A stretch of 64,000 nt of DNA from Candidatus Hydrogenedentota bacterium (GTDB lineage Bacteria > Hydrogenedentota > Hydrogenedentia > Hydrogenedentales > CAITNO01): assembly GCA_012730105.1 (NCBI GenBank), contig JAAYBJ010000284.1, forward strand, positions 7,872 to 71,871, given 5' to 3'. The notes beneath the pieces were generated by a model, which ran no database searches, was not told where the DNA came from, and was given only the letters and a program-made list of their open reading frames with translations. This document shows positions 51,610 through 61,521 of this stretch, one piece after another (the first letter of the stretch is position 1; each line of letters opens with the position of its first letter). Position numbers and translations under genes: made by a program.

Positions 51610-53016
51610 TTATACCGGGGTAACATCATAGCCCAAGTACTTCTCAAAGGCTTCTTTCACGGGCGCCATGACGTGACCGGGCGTTACGGCGGTATGATGA
51701 CGGTGTCCGGCCATACCGACGGTCATCAGGGTCTGCTGCATATCCGGGAATTCCGCGACGCCGCCGCAACCGAAAAAGTCCGCGGGAATCGGATCATCCG
51801 TGAACCGGCCTTCGCCCAGGTAGAACTTCAGTTTTCCCTCGTCCGTGATCAAGTTGCCGAACGTGAAGGCGCCGGGTTTTATGCGGCCTACGTTACAGCC
51901 GTAGGAACAGCCTTTACCTACCGTGTTGGCCAGGATGGCGTGTTCACAAATATCGCCTATGCCCGTCATCATGTCCTGGGGCACCGGACCACAATGAAAC
52001 AGGATGCACTTGTTTTCTTCATTGCCGTAATTGTTGTTCCAGTCAAGACAGGACGCCACTTCACCGGAAGCGCTGCGCAGTGCATGCATTGAAATGGCGC
52101 TGCCCATGTCCACCTCGCAGGCGACCGGGATTTTGCGATTGTTCATTTCGCTGAGCAGCACACAGCAGGAAATACCATATTGCTGCTGCATTTCTATCCA
52201 GCAGCGCACGGCCATGGCATCCAGCCGCATTTCTTCCACCAGGCTGTCCAGCACCACCCCGAGGCGGGTAATGGTCTCAAAGGCGCTTTTCGGCGTGTTT
52301 CCCCAGTTGCTGTAATTCTGCAGGACCTTCGCTTTCTTGACAACCGCCTTGTCCGACATTTTGAGGGCGTTCATTCGCGCGAATACATCGGACATGTCAA
52401 GCGTTTCCATGGTAATTCCATGGCGTTGCAGCGCGATCTCGTCAATACGCACGGTCTTGAACGCTGTAGTGCGCGCGCCAATCGCGCCGACCGTCATGGA
52501 ACGCATCTTTTTTACGACGCGGCACATACGGTCAAAATAGTCTATGTTTTCGGCGAATCGCGGATTGGACGGGTGAACCGTGTGGGGTTTAAGAATCGTA
52601 AATTTTACCCCGTACTGACAAAAGACGTCCATGATGGAGAACTTTCCGCAGAAAGAATCACGGCGCAGTTCAGGACGCATCTTATCAAGTTCGTCCGGGA
52701 AAGCCTGGATAAAAATGGGCACTCCGGCGTCTTTCAACGCGGCCACCGCACCCGTTTCATCGCCAAAATTCGGCAGGCTCAAAATGACGCCGTCAAATTT
52801 ACCGGCGTTCTCGCGAAGGAAATTGGCATATACCTCACCCTCGAGCGGCGTTTCCACCGCGCCGTGCCGGGTGGCCTTGGGATCCAGCATAAGCACCTTG
52901 TGGCCCAGCTTCCTGAGTTCCGCCGCCAGTTCCCGGCGGGCGCCCGCCTGCAGTGAAGCGGGGAAGAAACCACGGTTTCCAAAAAATAACGCGAAACAAC
53001 TCTTTTCCTGTTTCAT
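51610..53016 (-). CDS. L-fucose/L-arabinose isomerase-family protein (short form)
   Basis: 468 aa. N-terminus CFALFFGNRGFFP characteristic of the FucI/AraA family N-domain. Confidence 0.6.
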   Translation of the reverse strand: MKQEKSCFALFFGNRGFFPASLQAGARRELAAELRKLGHKVLMLDPKATRHGAVETPLEGEVYANFLRENAGKFDGVILSLPNFGDETGAVAALKDAGVPIFIQAFPDELDKMRPELRRDSFCGKFSIMDVFCQYGVKFTILKPHTVHPSNPRFAENIDYFDRMCRVVKKMRSMTVGAIGARTTAFKTVRIDEIALQRHGITMETLDMSDVFARMNALKMSDKAVVKKAKVLQNYSNWGNTPKSAFETITRLGVVLDSLVEEMRLDAMAVRCWIEMQQQYGISCCVLLSEMNNRKIPVACEVDMGSAISMHALRSASGEVASCLDWNNNYGNEENKCILFHCGPVPQDMMTGIGDICEHAILANTVGKGCSYGCNVGRIKPGAFTFGNLITDEGKLKFYLGEGRFTDDPIPADFFGCGGVAEFPDMQQTLMTVGMAGHRHHTAVTPGHVMAPVKEAFEKYLGYDVTPV

Positions 53017-53039
53017 AGATCTCTCCTTTGCTGACGGGC

Positions 53040-53966
53040 TCAGCCCGCAGCGGTGCCGGGGTTGATGCGGTCCACGCTACCGACCAGTTCCAAGTCTTCT
53101 TCGATAACCTTCCTCGTCGCCCTGTAAACGGCCTCGGGCGACTCTTCAGGGGCACTTTCCAGCAGGGCCTCGTAAGGCTGCCTGATAGCCGTTGCAACAT
53201 TAATTTTAGCGATTCCATGACGTATCGCGTCAAGTACGCAGTTTTTACGTATGCCCGTGCCGCCGTGCAGAACCAGCGGGATGCCCGTTGTTTGGCGTAT
53301 CGCTTCCAGCCGCTCGATACTCAAGCGGGCTTCCAGTTTCTTTTCCCGGCGCGCCGAGGCCCCGATCGCTCCATGAACGCTGCCCACGGCGACCGACAGC
53401 CAGTCCACCCCGGTTTCCGCCACAAAGCGCCGCGCTTCTTCCGGATCGGTAAATCCTTTACCGGAGGCGAATAATTCCTCATAGGGCGGGAGCGGACCGG
53501 CCTCATGGCCCATCACGGCGCCCAATTCCGCTTCCACCGCCACACCGGAGGCATGGGCCATGTCCACAATGCGTCGGGTCGCGGCGATGTTTTCCTCCAA
53601 CGGCAGGCGCGAAGCGTCCACCATGACGGAGTCGTAACCCAGCGCGACAGCCTCGCCGAGGACGGCCTCGTAATCCACGGGCAGATGGTCTTCATCGATG
53701 ACGGGGACGTGATCCAGATGCAGCCGCGTAAAACGCTCATCTTTGACCTGCTGATACAGTTCGTATATGGGGCGCGGCCCGCCCGCGGCAAACTTGACCC
53801 ACTCCAGCCGTGCCACCATGATCAGACCGAAACAACGGGTATCACGCAACGCCCTGACCACGGGTTCCATCATGGGAAAATAGGGGATATTAAAACCGGG
53901 TATGGCCGTCCGCGCCAGCGCGGCACGTTCCATTAAAACCTGTATTCCTGGAGTCACTTGTGTCAT
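53040..53966 (-). CDS. Class II ketose-bisphosphate aldolase (FBA/tagatose-bisphosphate aldolase family)
   Basis: 308 aa. AIPGFNIP N-terminal motif and His-rich metal site (…SVHGAIG…LVLHGGTG…). Confidence 0.75.
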   Translation of the reverse strand: MTQVTPGIQVLMERAALARTAIPGFNIPYFPMMEPVVRALRDTRCFGLIMVARLEWVKFAAGGPRPIYELYQQVKDERFTRLHLDHVPVIDEDHLPVDYEAVLGEAVALGYDSVMVDASRLPLEENIAATRRIVDMAHASGVAVEAELGAVMGHEAGPLPPYEELFASGKGFTDPEEARRFVAETGVDWLSVAVGSVHGAIGASARREKKLEARLSIERLEAIRQTTGIPLVLHGGTGIRKNCVLDAIRHGIAKINVATAIRQPYEALLESAPEESPEAVYRATRKVIEEDLELVGSVDRINPGTAAG

Positions 53967-54205
53967 ACGAAGCCCTTGGAATAAAAACGGGGAAGGTACA
54001 AATCCTTTTACACGAAAGACTTACAATATCATGAACGTGAAGAAACGCTCAAGTTTGATTTATTTTCCGATTTAACGGGAAACAGGGAAAATGGGGGAAA
54101 GCGCGTATTTATTTCGTCATTTCCTGTTGTCACCCCTTGCACCGAAAGCAAGGAGAAACGACCTTTAAATCAAGAGATTGTTAAAAAGTTTCGGGTATTC
54201 CGGGA

Positions 54206-56401
54206 TCAGTTTAGCGGTGTTTCCGACGGGACGGCCAAGGTTGCCTGCAACTGCAGTAGCACCTGAAGATATTGTACGTTCATTTGCGCCACGACACCCA
54301 GATCATTCCGGTTGCGCGCATCCTTGGCATACAGTTCAATGCACTGCCGTGCGAGGTCGACCGCCTGCTGTATCTGCCCGGCGGCGGCGCTCCTGCCTTC
54401 AGTCAATCCGGACGCCGAGGCCTGTTCCTGAAAAACGCCATAGGCCCGATTCAGCGCCATCATGGATTCGAGGTAGTGGGCGCGCATACGCAGACGATTC
54501 AGCAGCAATGCCGCCCAGCTTTGGCCCTGCGCATCCAGTCCCGGAATCATCAGACCGATCGCGGCGATGGCTTCCCGGTCCTTTTCCAACAACGCCTGCT
54601 GCTCAACCACGATTTCTCCGGATCGGGTCAGAACACGCTGCCAGGATTCGGTTTTCAGTCCCTCGAGGGTATCCGGAAACGCCGGGAAACCCACCGCCGC
54701 CCATCCGGGCGCCAGTAGCATGGGCCGGTCATCGTAGGGATTGGCGGGCGGCGTATGGGGCGCCATGGCATCATAAGCGAGATATATACCCTTCAGGGAA
54801 GCGGCATCCTGCCCGTAAAGCCTGCGCACATACTCCCCGTAGAACTGATCCGCCGACAACTCCGGGCTCCAGCAAAACTCGGCAAGATACCGGATATTAT
54901 GCTCGATGCCGGACAGTTTCCAGCCTAACAGGGTCACGGCTTCCACACCCTGTTCCAGACACTTGCGGTACATGCGTTCCTGCCAGGTCACCCGCCACTG
55001 GGGGAACCATTGTTCCCCGTCAAATTCCCACCAGTCAATCATCCAGGTAGGCCGCCCTTGCTGCGCCGGCTGGTAGTATTCCAAGTGTCCGTTCACGGTC
55101 TGCTCGGGGTCGTAGGTGTTTAGCGAGGCGAAACGTATCTCCGGGGGAAAGTCTGGGTGAAGGCCCGGAAACAAGTGTTGCACGAACCAGCCGCCCGTGG
55201 CGATACGGGCGCGCTCTTCGGGCGTCAATGCGTTGACCAGGTCCCGGAAATGATAGGCATAATCGATATCTCCCGCATGGGTATCCAGCGGGGTCCAGCG
55301 CGCGTATTCGGCGCGCATGGCCGAGGCGCCCGGCTCGCTGCCCACGGGACGGCCCAGCACGCCCCGGGCTTCGGACTGCCACATCCAGTAATAGTCCGAC
55401 TGCGGATAAGTATCCACCAGGGACCGGTAACGCTGGAGTGAGATTTGGAGGTTTTCCGGGCGAAGCGGGTCCAGGCAGTTCGCGCCGCCATCCGGCTTGT
55501 CCGTCCATTGGACGTTCCCCGATGGTGGAGCCATTAATTCAAAACCGACACACGTGCGCATGCCCCGGGCATGGGCATGATCGAGAACGGTACGCATCAT
55601 GGCCTGCACGGCATCGGCCTGGGCGGCGGGATTGCCTGCGTTTTCCACATAGGGCCGCGGCCCGAATACGGCTTCCCCGCCGAAAGCGGCCTCACCGGCC
55701 GCGCCCGCAGTGGGAAACACATCCACCGGTATACCGATGGCGGTTGGCGTCACACGAACCCCGTCCACGGTTTCCGTGAAAAAGGCCATGCCGGGGTAGA
55801 AATGAAACTGCAGGAAATTTAACCGCATGCGTACTGCCCGGTCTATCAGCAACTGGTAATCTTCCAGGTTGTACCCGGACATGCCGCAGAGAAAATTGTC
55901 CCAGGGCAAAAGTCCCCGGTATTTGAAAGCGGGCGCCTGTACAATATCTAAGGGCACTATGTGGAAGAGGGTCTGCTCAGGCAGGCGTTCGCCGCTGATC
56001 TGGAAATAGGCGCCATAGGCTTCCAGCAGGGCATAGATGCCGTATAACACGCCCTGTTCCGTAGGAGACGCAATATACACTGTCTTGTCCACGCTTTTCA
56101 GGGCGTATCCCTGGTCCGCCTGGGGACCTTCCGGAAGCGTTATGGTCCCGCCGGCAAGAGCCTCCCGGATTCCGGGGTTGTTTTCAGGGCTACCGTAGAG
56201 AACGTGAAAATCCGCGGCAGGCGTACTTTCCGTGACGATGGGGTTACTGAACAGTTTTGAGAAATATCCCTGCAGTTCTGTGCCTGCATAGGCCTGTAAG
56301 ACACCCGTATTGTCACCGTCATCCAGAAACACGACGGGCTGCGCGTCTTCGGCATAGGCGCAAACACTCAAAAAAAGAGCGGATAGCAGGGTAAATCGCA
56401 T
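54206..56401 (-). CDS. Secreted glycoside-hydrolase-like protein (GH20/GH67/GH115-type N-domain plus TIM barrel; family unassigned)
   Basis: 731 aa. Signal peptide. N-domain motif GVLYGIYALLEAYG typical of alpha/beta N-domains preceding TIM-barrel catalytic domains in several GH families. Confidence 0.5.
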   Translation of the reverse strand: MRFTLLSALFLSVCAYAEDAQPVVFLDDGDNTGVLQAYAGTELQGYFSKLFSNPIVTESTPAADFHVLYGSPENNPGIREALAGGTITLPEGPQADQGYALKSVDKTVYIASPTEQGVLYGIYALLEAYGAYFQISGERLPEQTLFHIVPLDIVQAPAFKYRGLLPWDNFLCGMSGYNLEDYQLLIDRAVRMRLNFLQFHFYPGMAFFTETVDGVRVTPTAIGIPVDVFPTAGAAGEAAFGGEAVFGPRPYVENAGNPAAQADAVQAMMRTVLDHAHARGMRTCVGFELMAPPSGNVQWTDKPDGGANCLDPLRPENLQISLQRYRSLVDTYPQSDYYWMWQSEARGVLGRPVGSEPGASAMRAEYARWTPLDTHAGDIDYAYHFRDLVNALTPEERARIATGGWFVQHLFPGLHPDFPPEIRFASLNTYDPEQTVNGHLEYYQPAQQGRPTWMIDWWEFDGEQWFPQWRVTWQERMYRKCLEQGVEAVTLLGWKLSGIEHNIRYLAEFCWSPELSADQFYGEYVRRLYGQDAASLKGIYLAYDAMAPHTPPANPYDDRPMLLAPGWAAVGFPAFPDTLEGLKTESWQRVLTRSGEIVVEQQALLEKDREAIAAIGLMIPGLDAQGQSWAALLLNRLRMRAHYLESMMALNRAYGVFQEQASASGLTEGRSAAAGQIQQAVDLARQCIELYAKDARNRNDLGVVAQMNVQYLQVLLQLQATLAVPSETPLN

Positions 56402-56556
56402 GATGGTTTTCCTTGGAAAGGGAGCGGCACAAAGTATGACAGCCCAAAGTGATACTTTGATTGAAATACCCTTGTCAGGGTGCTGTTATCCTAACGCATC
56501 CGGCCGGGCTTGTACAACCTGGGGGATGAAAGCGGGGGAGGAGGTAAAACAATCTC

Positions 56557-57498
56557 TTAAATCTTTCTGCGGTAGTAGTCAATAATAACCGCAGCCACAA
56601 TGATGCCCCCGGTCACGAGCCGCTTCAGGGGTTCCTGCGCGCCGATCTGAACCAGACCACTCTCCAGCACGGCTATGATGATCACACCGAACAGGGTGTT
56701 TATGACCTTGCCCCGGCCGCCCATCAGGCTGGTGCCGCCGATGACCACCGCCGCGATGGCCTGTAGTTCATACCCGATGCCGGCGTTGGGATCGGCGGCG
56801 GTCAGGCGGGCGCAATGAATCACAGCGGCCAGCGATGCCAGCCCGCCGCAGATCATATATACCAGCAGTTTCACCCTGCCGACGGCGATACCCGACAGCC
56901 GCGCGGCCTCTTCATTGCCCCCGATGGCGTACATGCTCCTGCCGGCGGTCGTATAGGAAAGCAGGAACTGCCCGGCCAGCACGACCAGCATGGCACATAA
57001 AAAGGGGAGAGATAGCCCCATGAAGTTGCCGCGATTGATCCATTCTATGCCCGTCCCGATGTATTGGGTTTTGGAGCCCGTCACCAGGTAGGCGCCGCCC
57101 CGGGCCGCCTCCAGCATGCCCAGCGTGACAATAAAGGCCGGCAATTGCCACCGAACCACAAAAAAACCGTTGACCGCGCCGCAAAGAATACCTACGCCCA
57201 CACAGGCCAGAATCGCGACGGGCAGGGGGGCCTGCCAGCGGACCAGGGCGAGACCGAGCACCGCGCCGCCCAGGGCCAGCACGGAGCCCACCGACAGGTC
57301 AATGCCGGCGATGATCAGGACGAAGGTCATGCCCGTGGCCAGAATCACCGCATCGGGAATCTGGTTGGCGATGGTGCGGAAGGTGGTCCAGGTGAAGAAG
57401 TAGTCCGTGGCGAAGCCGAACGCGGCAATCAGCAGGGCCAGTACCGCGGCAAGGCCAATATAATCCACCAGGGAACGCAGCAGGTAACGGCCGTACAT
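56557..57498 (-). CDS. Sugar ABC transporter permease (RbsC/XylH-like)
   Basis: 313 aa, ~9 TM, conserved EAA-like loop. Adjacent to the SBP gene. Confidence 0.85.
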   Translation of the reverse strand: MYGRYLLRSLVDYIGLAAVLALLIAAFGFATDYFFTWTTFRTIANQIPDAVILATGMTFVLIIAGIDLSVGSVLALGGAVLGLALVRWQAPLPVAILACVGVGILCGAVNGFFVVRWQLPAFIVTLGMLEAARGGAYLVTGSKTQYIGTGIEWINRGNFMGLSLPFLCAMLVVLAGQFLLSYTTAGRSMYAIGGNEEAARLSGIAVGRVKLLVYMICGGLASLAAVIHCARLTAADPNAGIGYELQAIAAVVIGGTSLMGGRGKVINTLFGVIIIAVLESGLVQIGAQEPLKRLVTGGIIVAAVIIDYYRRKI

Positions 57499-57499
57499 A

Positions 57500-58465
57500 T
57501 TACTTCACCGTCTCCGCGCTGACCAGTTCCACGGGCGTTTCCTTGTCTTCCGGAGCGGCCCCCGTTTCAATCAGGTGCAGGGCCGCCTCTATGCCGTAAA
57601 CAGCCAGCTGGTCCGCATACTGTGCCACCGTGGCCAAAAGTTCACCCTTGCGCACCATCTCCACCGCCGCGGTGATGGCGTCAAAACCGATGACATGAAT
57701 CTGCCCCAGTTTTCCCGCCGACCGCAACGCGGCCACCGCGCCCAGGGCCATGCTGTCATTGGCGCACAGCAGCGCCTTGAGCCCGGGCTGTTCCGTAATC
57801 AGCGCGGAAACGACTTGGTTCGCCTTGGCCATTTCCCAGTCACCCACCTGGGAGGCGACGATGTTCATGCCGGCCGCATCCATGGCCTCGCGAAAGCCCT
57901 GCAGGCGCTGTATGCCGTTGTAGGCAGAAGGCACGCCCTCAATGATGGCCACGGGATCGCCCGGTTGTAGTTTTTTCGCCAAGTACTCGCCCGCCATACG
58001 GGCGCCCTTGCGGTTGTCGGGCCCGACAAAGGGAATATGAATACCCCGTTCCGCCAAGACATCCGCGTCAAACTTGTTGTCTATGTTAATCACGACAACG
58101 CCCGCTTCCATGGCGCGCTGACAAACTTGCACGAGCGCCTTGGAATCCGCGGGAGCGATGACAATTGCGTTCACGCGTCGGCTCAGCATCTGCTCCACCA
58201 GTTGTATCTGACGGTTAACGTCCAGCTCATCCTTAATACCGTCCGCGAACAGCTCATAACGCTCAGCATGCGCAGCCTGATGGGCTTTTGCGCCCTCTTC
58301 CATGGTCAAGAAGAACTCGTTCGCCAACGATTTCATCACCAGTGCGATGCGCGGTTTTTCCGGCGCCTTCGTCTCGGGTTGAACCGCCCCGTTATCCTGT
58401 TTCCCACAGGCGGACACCAGCAATACGGTGATCATTAAAACATACGTTACGAAAATCTTTTTCAT
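57500..58465 (-). CDS. Sugar ABC transporter periplasmic substrate-binding lipoprotein (RbsB-like, PBP type I)
   Basis: 321 aa. Lipoprotein signal (…LLVSAC). LacI/RbsB periplasmic-binding fold signatures. Confidence 0.85.
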   Translation of the reverse strand: MKKIFVTYVLMITVLLVSACGKQDNGAVQPETKAPEKPRIALVMKSLANEFFLTMEEGAKAHQAAHAERYELFADGIKDELDVNRQIQLVEQMLSRRVNAIVIAPADSKALVQVCQRAMEAGVVVINIDNKFDADVLAERGIHIPFVGPDNRKGARMAGEYLAKKLQPGDPVAIIEGVPSAYNGIQRLQGFREAMDAAGMNIVASQVGDWEMAKANQVVSALITEQPGLKALLCANDSMALGAVAALRSAGKLGQIHVIGFDAITAAVEMVRKGELLATVAQYADQLAVYGIEAALHLIETGAAPEDKETPVELVSAETVK

Positions 58466-58657
58466 AGATCCTCCTTGCGATTAGCATATCAGCAGAAGGC
58501 ATTCCGGAACAATTGGAATACCCAGGGGCAGGGTCTATCACGGTGTACAGCCATGGCGGTAAAAAGTGGCGGTAAAAAGTTGAAATGCGCCAATGCTATT
58601 TGCTACACTTTCTTCAACAGTGCAGGGCATCGCAATGCACTGTCTCGCCTATGTTGC

Positions 58658-58735
58658 GTCCCCATCGTCTAGCCTGGCCTAGGACACCGCCCTTTCACGG
58701 CGGCGACAGGGGTTCAAATCCCCTTGGGGACGCCA
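58658..58735 (+). tRNA. tRNA-Glu (TTC)
   Basis: Near-identical in architecture to canonical bacterial tRNA-Glu (GTCCCCATCGTCTAG…CCCTTTCACGG…GGTTCAAATCCCC…GGGGACGCCA). Followed by a T8 run. Confidence 0.9.
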
Positions 58736-59299
58736 TTTTTTTTACTTGAGATCCTCTGCAACCGTATGCCAATGAATGCTATACCCCTGTAAATAAAGGG
58801 TGAAATGCATCAAATACCCTCTTGATAATTTTTTTTCGTGATTATACCTGTTGCGCCGCGGAATGACATTCTATGAGATAGTACGCCCGAATTTGGTACA
58901 CATGTAGGTGCACACGAAGGATTGCTACTCATCCGTGCTTCCGCGAATGGCCTCGATAGCCACCTTCGCTTTCGTTTTCGCGCTATGCTGCCTTCGTTCT
59001 CTCTTCATCGCAGTCCTCCTCACTGGCCACCAGTCTACTGTCATAGAACCTCTTATTCCCAAGTCCAGTTTTTGGGGCCCGCATCACCTGTCTGCTTTCC
59101 TAATACATGCTCATTCATCTGAGTTCGGCCATCTTCATCAATCTCCGTGTCATGCTCGTCTGCTTCCCGCCTTGCCTACGCAAGATTCAATAGCGGCATA
59201 TCCTTGGGTATAGGTGATAGCTGCGTACGGGGCATGTGAGGCCGGGGGGCGTTGTGGCAGAAAAGGCTCTTGAGGGAGCTGCGCGCGCTTCACCATCGT

Positions 59300-60253
59300 T
59301 CACAACCCATCGACCCAGTCCTGCACATCCTCTTCCGCCGTTACGGGAGGGCATTGAGTCTGATCCGTGATACACATGTCCTCATAGGAGAAATTAAAGT
59401 CTTTGGCCGCTTGTCGAAAAGCAGCGGCGACTTCGGGCGGCATCGCGGCATCGGACGCTTCGGGGGCGCGGGTCATGACATTTACCCCGGCGTACGCGCC
59501 GGCAGGCGTTGATCCGCAATAGTTGTACATGATCCAATTCGGATCGGGTTTGGAGAGGATGTACCAGCGCTCTTGCTGCGGTTGAAGGGGCGGGTTGGCG
59601 TAGATAACGTCCAGCAAGCCCGGTATTTGGTCGCTTATCCTCGGTTCCGCGATCAAGTAAACGGGATCCTCTTCGCTGCAGCTTCCATTTTCCGCGGGAG
59701 CACAGAAGGACGTATGGTACCACCACTGTTCCGCATTATAGATCCAGGAACTCGCCCTGCAGGGAAGGGCATCGTAGCCGCCCTCCCAGCCCGACCCGGG
59801 AACACCACAGTTCAGGCCCCGTACCTCCAGCCATGTTCCCTCGAGCTCGTCAAGGCTCTCAAGAACATACACGTTGTGAATGTTCTCGCAGCTAACCAGA
59901 CATCGGCCGTCCGTACCTTCCGGCAAGGTGGGTAAGCAACCATTTTCGGCGAAGCATTGCACCAAGGCACTGTATATCTCGCTGCCTTCTCCTTGAGCGA
60001 GTTGACAGACCAGGTTGCAGGCTTGTTGCTCGGCTTGTGCGCCCGCTGAACCACATGCGGCGTTGCATTCGAGTGCTTCACGGCAAGCAGGGTCCAACAC
60101 ACAAAGAATCATCTCTGTCGGGCAGTTCGCCAACCCACACATCAACACTTCGCGGTCCGAGTCCGGGGTGTCGCCGGTGTCGAACAAGCAAGTGCAGCCT
60201 TGAAGCAAAGCCAGAATGAGAAGGACGAAAATAGAAAGATGTATTCTGTTCAT
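59300..60253 (-). CDS. Violaxanthin-de-epoxidase-like (VDE-like) lipocalin lipoprotein with cysteine-rich N-terminal domain
   Basis: 317 aa from the Met with GGAGAAG RBS. Lipobox LLQGC. About 20 Cys in the first 150 aa. Lipocalin region aligns to plant [13 protein letters not shown] vs GKWFITRGLN; WYILSKP vs WYILSSK; YNYCGS…[12 protein letters not shown] vs [43 protein letters not shown] vs [20 protein letters not shown]. Confidence 0.7.
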   Translation of the reverse strand: [317 protein letters not shown]

Positions 60254-60624
60254 CAGTTCTTCTCCAGTCCCGAGGAATGAGGCTGTTCCCATCGCTTGGA
60301 CCGTTTTTCGGGTAAGTTAAGATGGTGATTTCCGTTTGTACCAGTAACCCATCCATATATTCGAACTGAAAGAAACGGCCAGAACCAAATGGTTTGGACC
60401 GCTCCCTTTCTTTCTCTTTCCTCCATGCACAATATACCAGATGCGGCGTGAACTGTCAAAGGGTGGCGATGACCGTTTCTCATGCATGATCTCCGGTGCA
60501 GTACCGGTGTCCCGGTGTGGCGTAGGAAAGGGCTTGATGCGGGCGTTGCTGGTTGTAAAACGTGAAATACGCGCCGTGCCGTTCTTCTGGATTCGGTCAT
60601 CGAGTGTGTTGCCCTCGAAGAGTC

Positions 60625-61284
60625 TTATTCAGCCTTCTCGGAAGAGTCTTTCAATTCTTTGATACGCACATTGCGGTACCACACCCGTTTGGCTTCATCC
60701 TGAAAGCCGATGTGACCTTCCAAGGGGCGATCTTTCATGGCCGATTGATTAAGGGCAATATCAATGATTTGTTCACCGTTGAGCACGACTTCCAGGTGGT
60801 GTCCCTTACAGGTAATGGTGTAGCGGTTCCATTCCCCCGCAGGTTTCGCCATGTTTTTTGACGGCCCGACAGTCCCTATGAGGCCGCCGCAGTCATGGTG
60901 GCCGGGATTTTCGAGGCCATGGGTATCGAGAATCTGCACCTCCATGCCGGTTTCCACCGGATTCAAGGGATCCCCCACCCGGAGGAAAACACCTGAATTA
61001 CCGGTTTTCTCTATCTTGAATTCCAAATCGAGAATGAAATCCGTGTAGGTACGCTCGGTCATGATGTACGCGTCGAAACGCTGCCAGCCTTCTTCCCCCG
61101 GTCGAGGTTTCAACGTGACCGTGCCCTCCGCTTCCACCAGCCAGTTGCCGGTAGTCTTCCACCCGGCAAGCGACTTGCCGTCAAAAAGCGGGACGAAATC
61201 GTCGTTAGACACTTGCTCCGCCTTGGACGTCGCCGCAACCAGTATCAAGGCCCCAATGCCCAGGAATAGTTTTGTCGTACTCAT
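60625..61284 (-). CDS. Secreted DUF1080-family protein (3-keto-disaccharide hydrolase / LamG-like)
   Basis: Signal peptide MSTTKLFLGIGALILVAATSKA. Motifs FDGKSLAGWK…GNWLVE…, …IGFQDE…WYRNVRIKEL typical of DUF1080. RBS GGAGA. Confidence 0.75.
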   Translation of the reverse strand: MSTTKLFLGIGALILVAATSKAEQVSNDDFVPLFDGKSLAGWKTTGNWLVEAEGTVTLKPRPGEEGWQRFDAYIMTERTYTDFILDLEFKIEKTGNSGVFLRVGDPLNPVETGMEVQILDTHGLENPGHHDCGGLIGTVGPSKNMAKPAGEWNRYTITCKGHHLEVVLNGEQIIDIALNQSAMKDRPLEGHIGFQDEAKRVWYRNVRIKELKDSSEKAE

Positions 61285-61316
61285 AGTTATTTCTCCGGTT
61301 TTCATCTTATTGTACG

Positions 61317-61496
61317 GATTAACCTAAAAACGGCTGTTGACGCGGGGAAAACCTTTCCAAAGAAAGGACTTAAAGGACGTAAAGGACGCAGCAACCGGGA
61401 GAACGTTTTACTGTCCTTTTGGTCGTTTATGTCCTTTAAGTCCTTTGGTTTGAAAACCGCGTCAGAATTCAACTGCCGTTTTTAGGATTAAAGCAT
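61317..61496. repeat. ~180 bp imperfect palindromic element with terminal inverted repeats (CCTAAAAACGGC…GCCGTTTTTAGG) and internal AAAGGAC/GTCCTTT 9-bp-period repeats
   Basis: Seen directly. Left arm has 3x AAAGGAC at 9-bp spacing; right arm has the complementary GTCCTTT copies. Flanked by CGCGG/CCGCG. Confidence 0.6.
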
Positions 61497-61521
61497 TCCC
61501 CGAGATAGCGCAGTTCGGGAC

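Noticed and set aside
58555-58580. Tandem GGCGGTAAAAAGT x2 as a possible CRISPR or repeat array
   Set aside because: Only two 13-bp copies with no spacers. It is far too short for CRISPR and is likely a chance duplication.
58908-59213. 101-aa ORF in the gene-poor stretch after tRNA-Glu
   Set aside because: No RBS or similarity. Composition is atypical and it is probably non-coding.
60372-60418. Nested hairpin GAAAGAAA…TTTCTTTC between the DUF1080 gene and the VDE-like gene
   Set aside because: No U-tract follows on the transcribed (minus) strand, and the stems are short and AT-rich. It is not convincing as a terminator or element.
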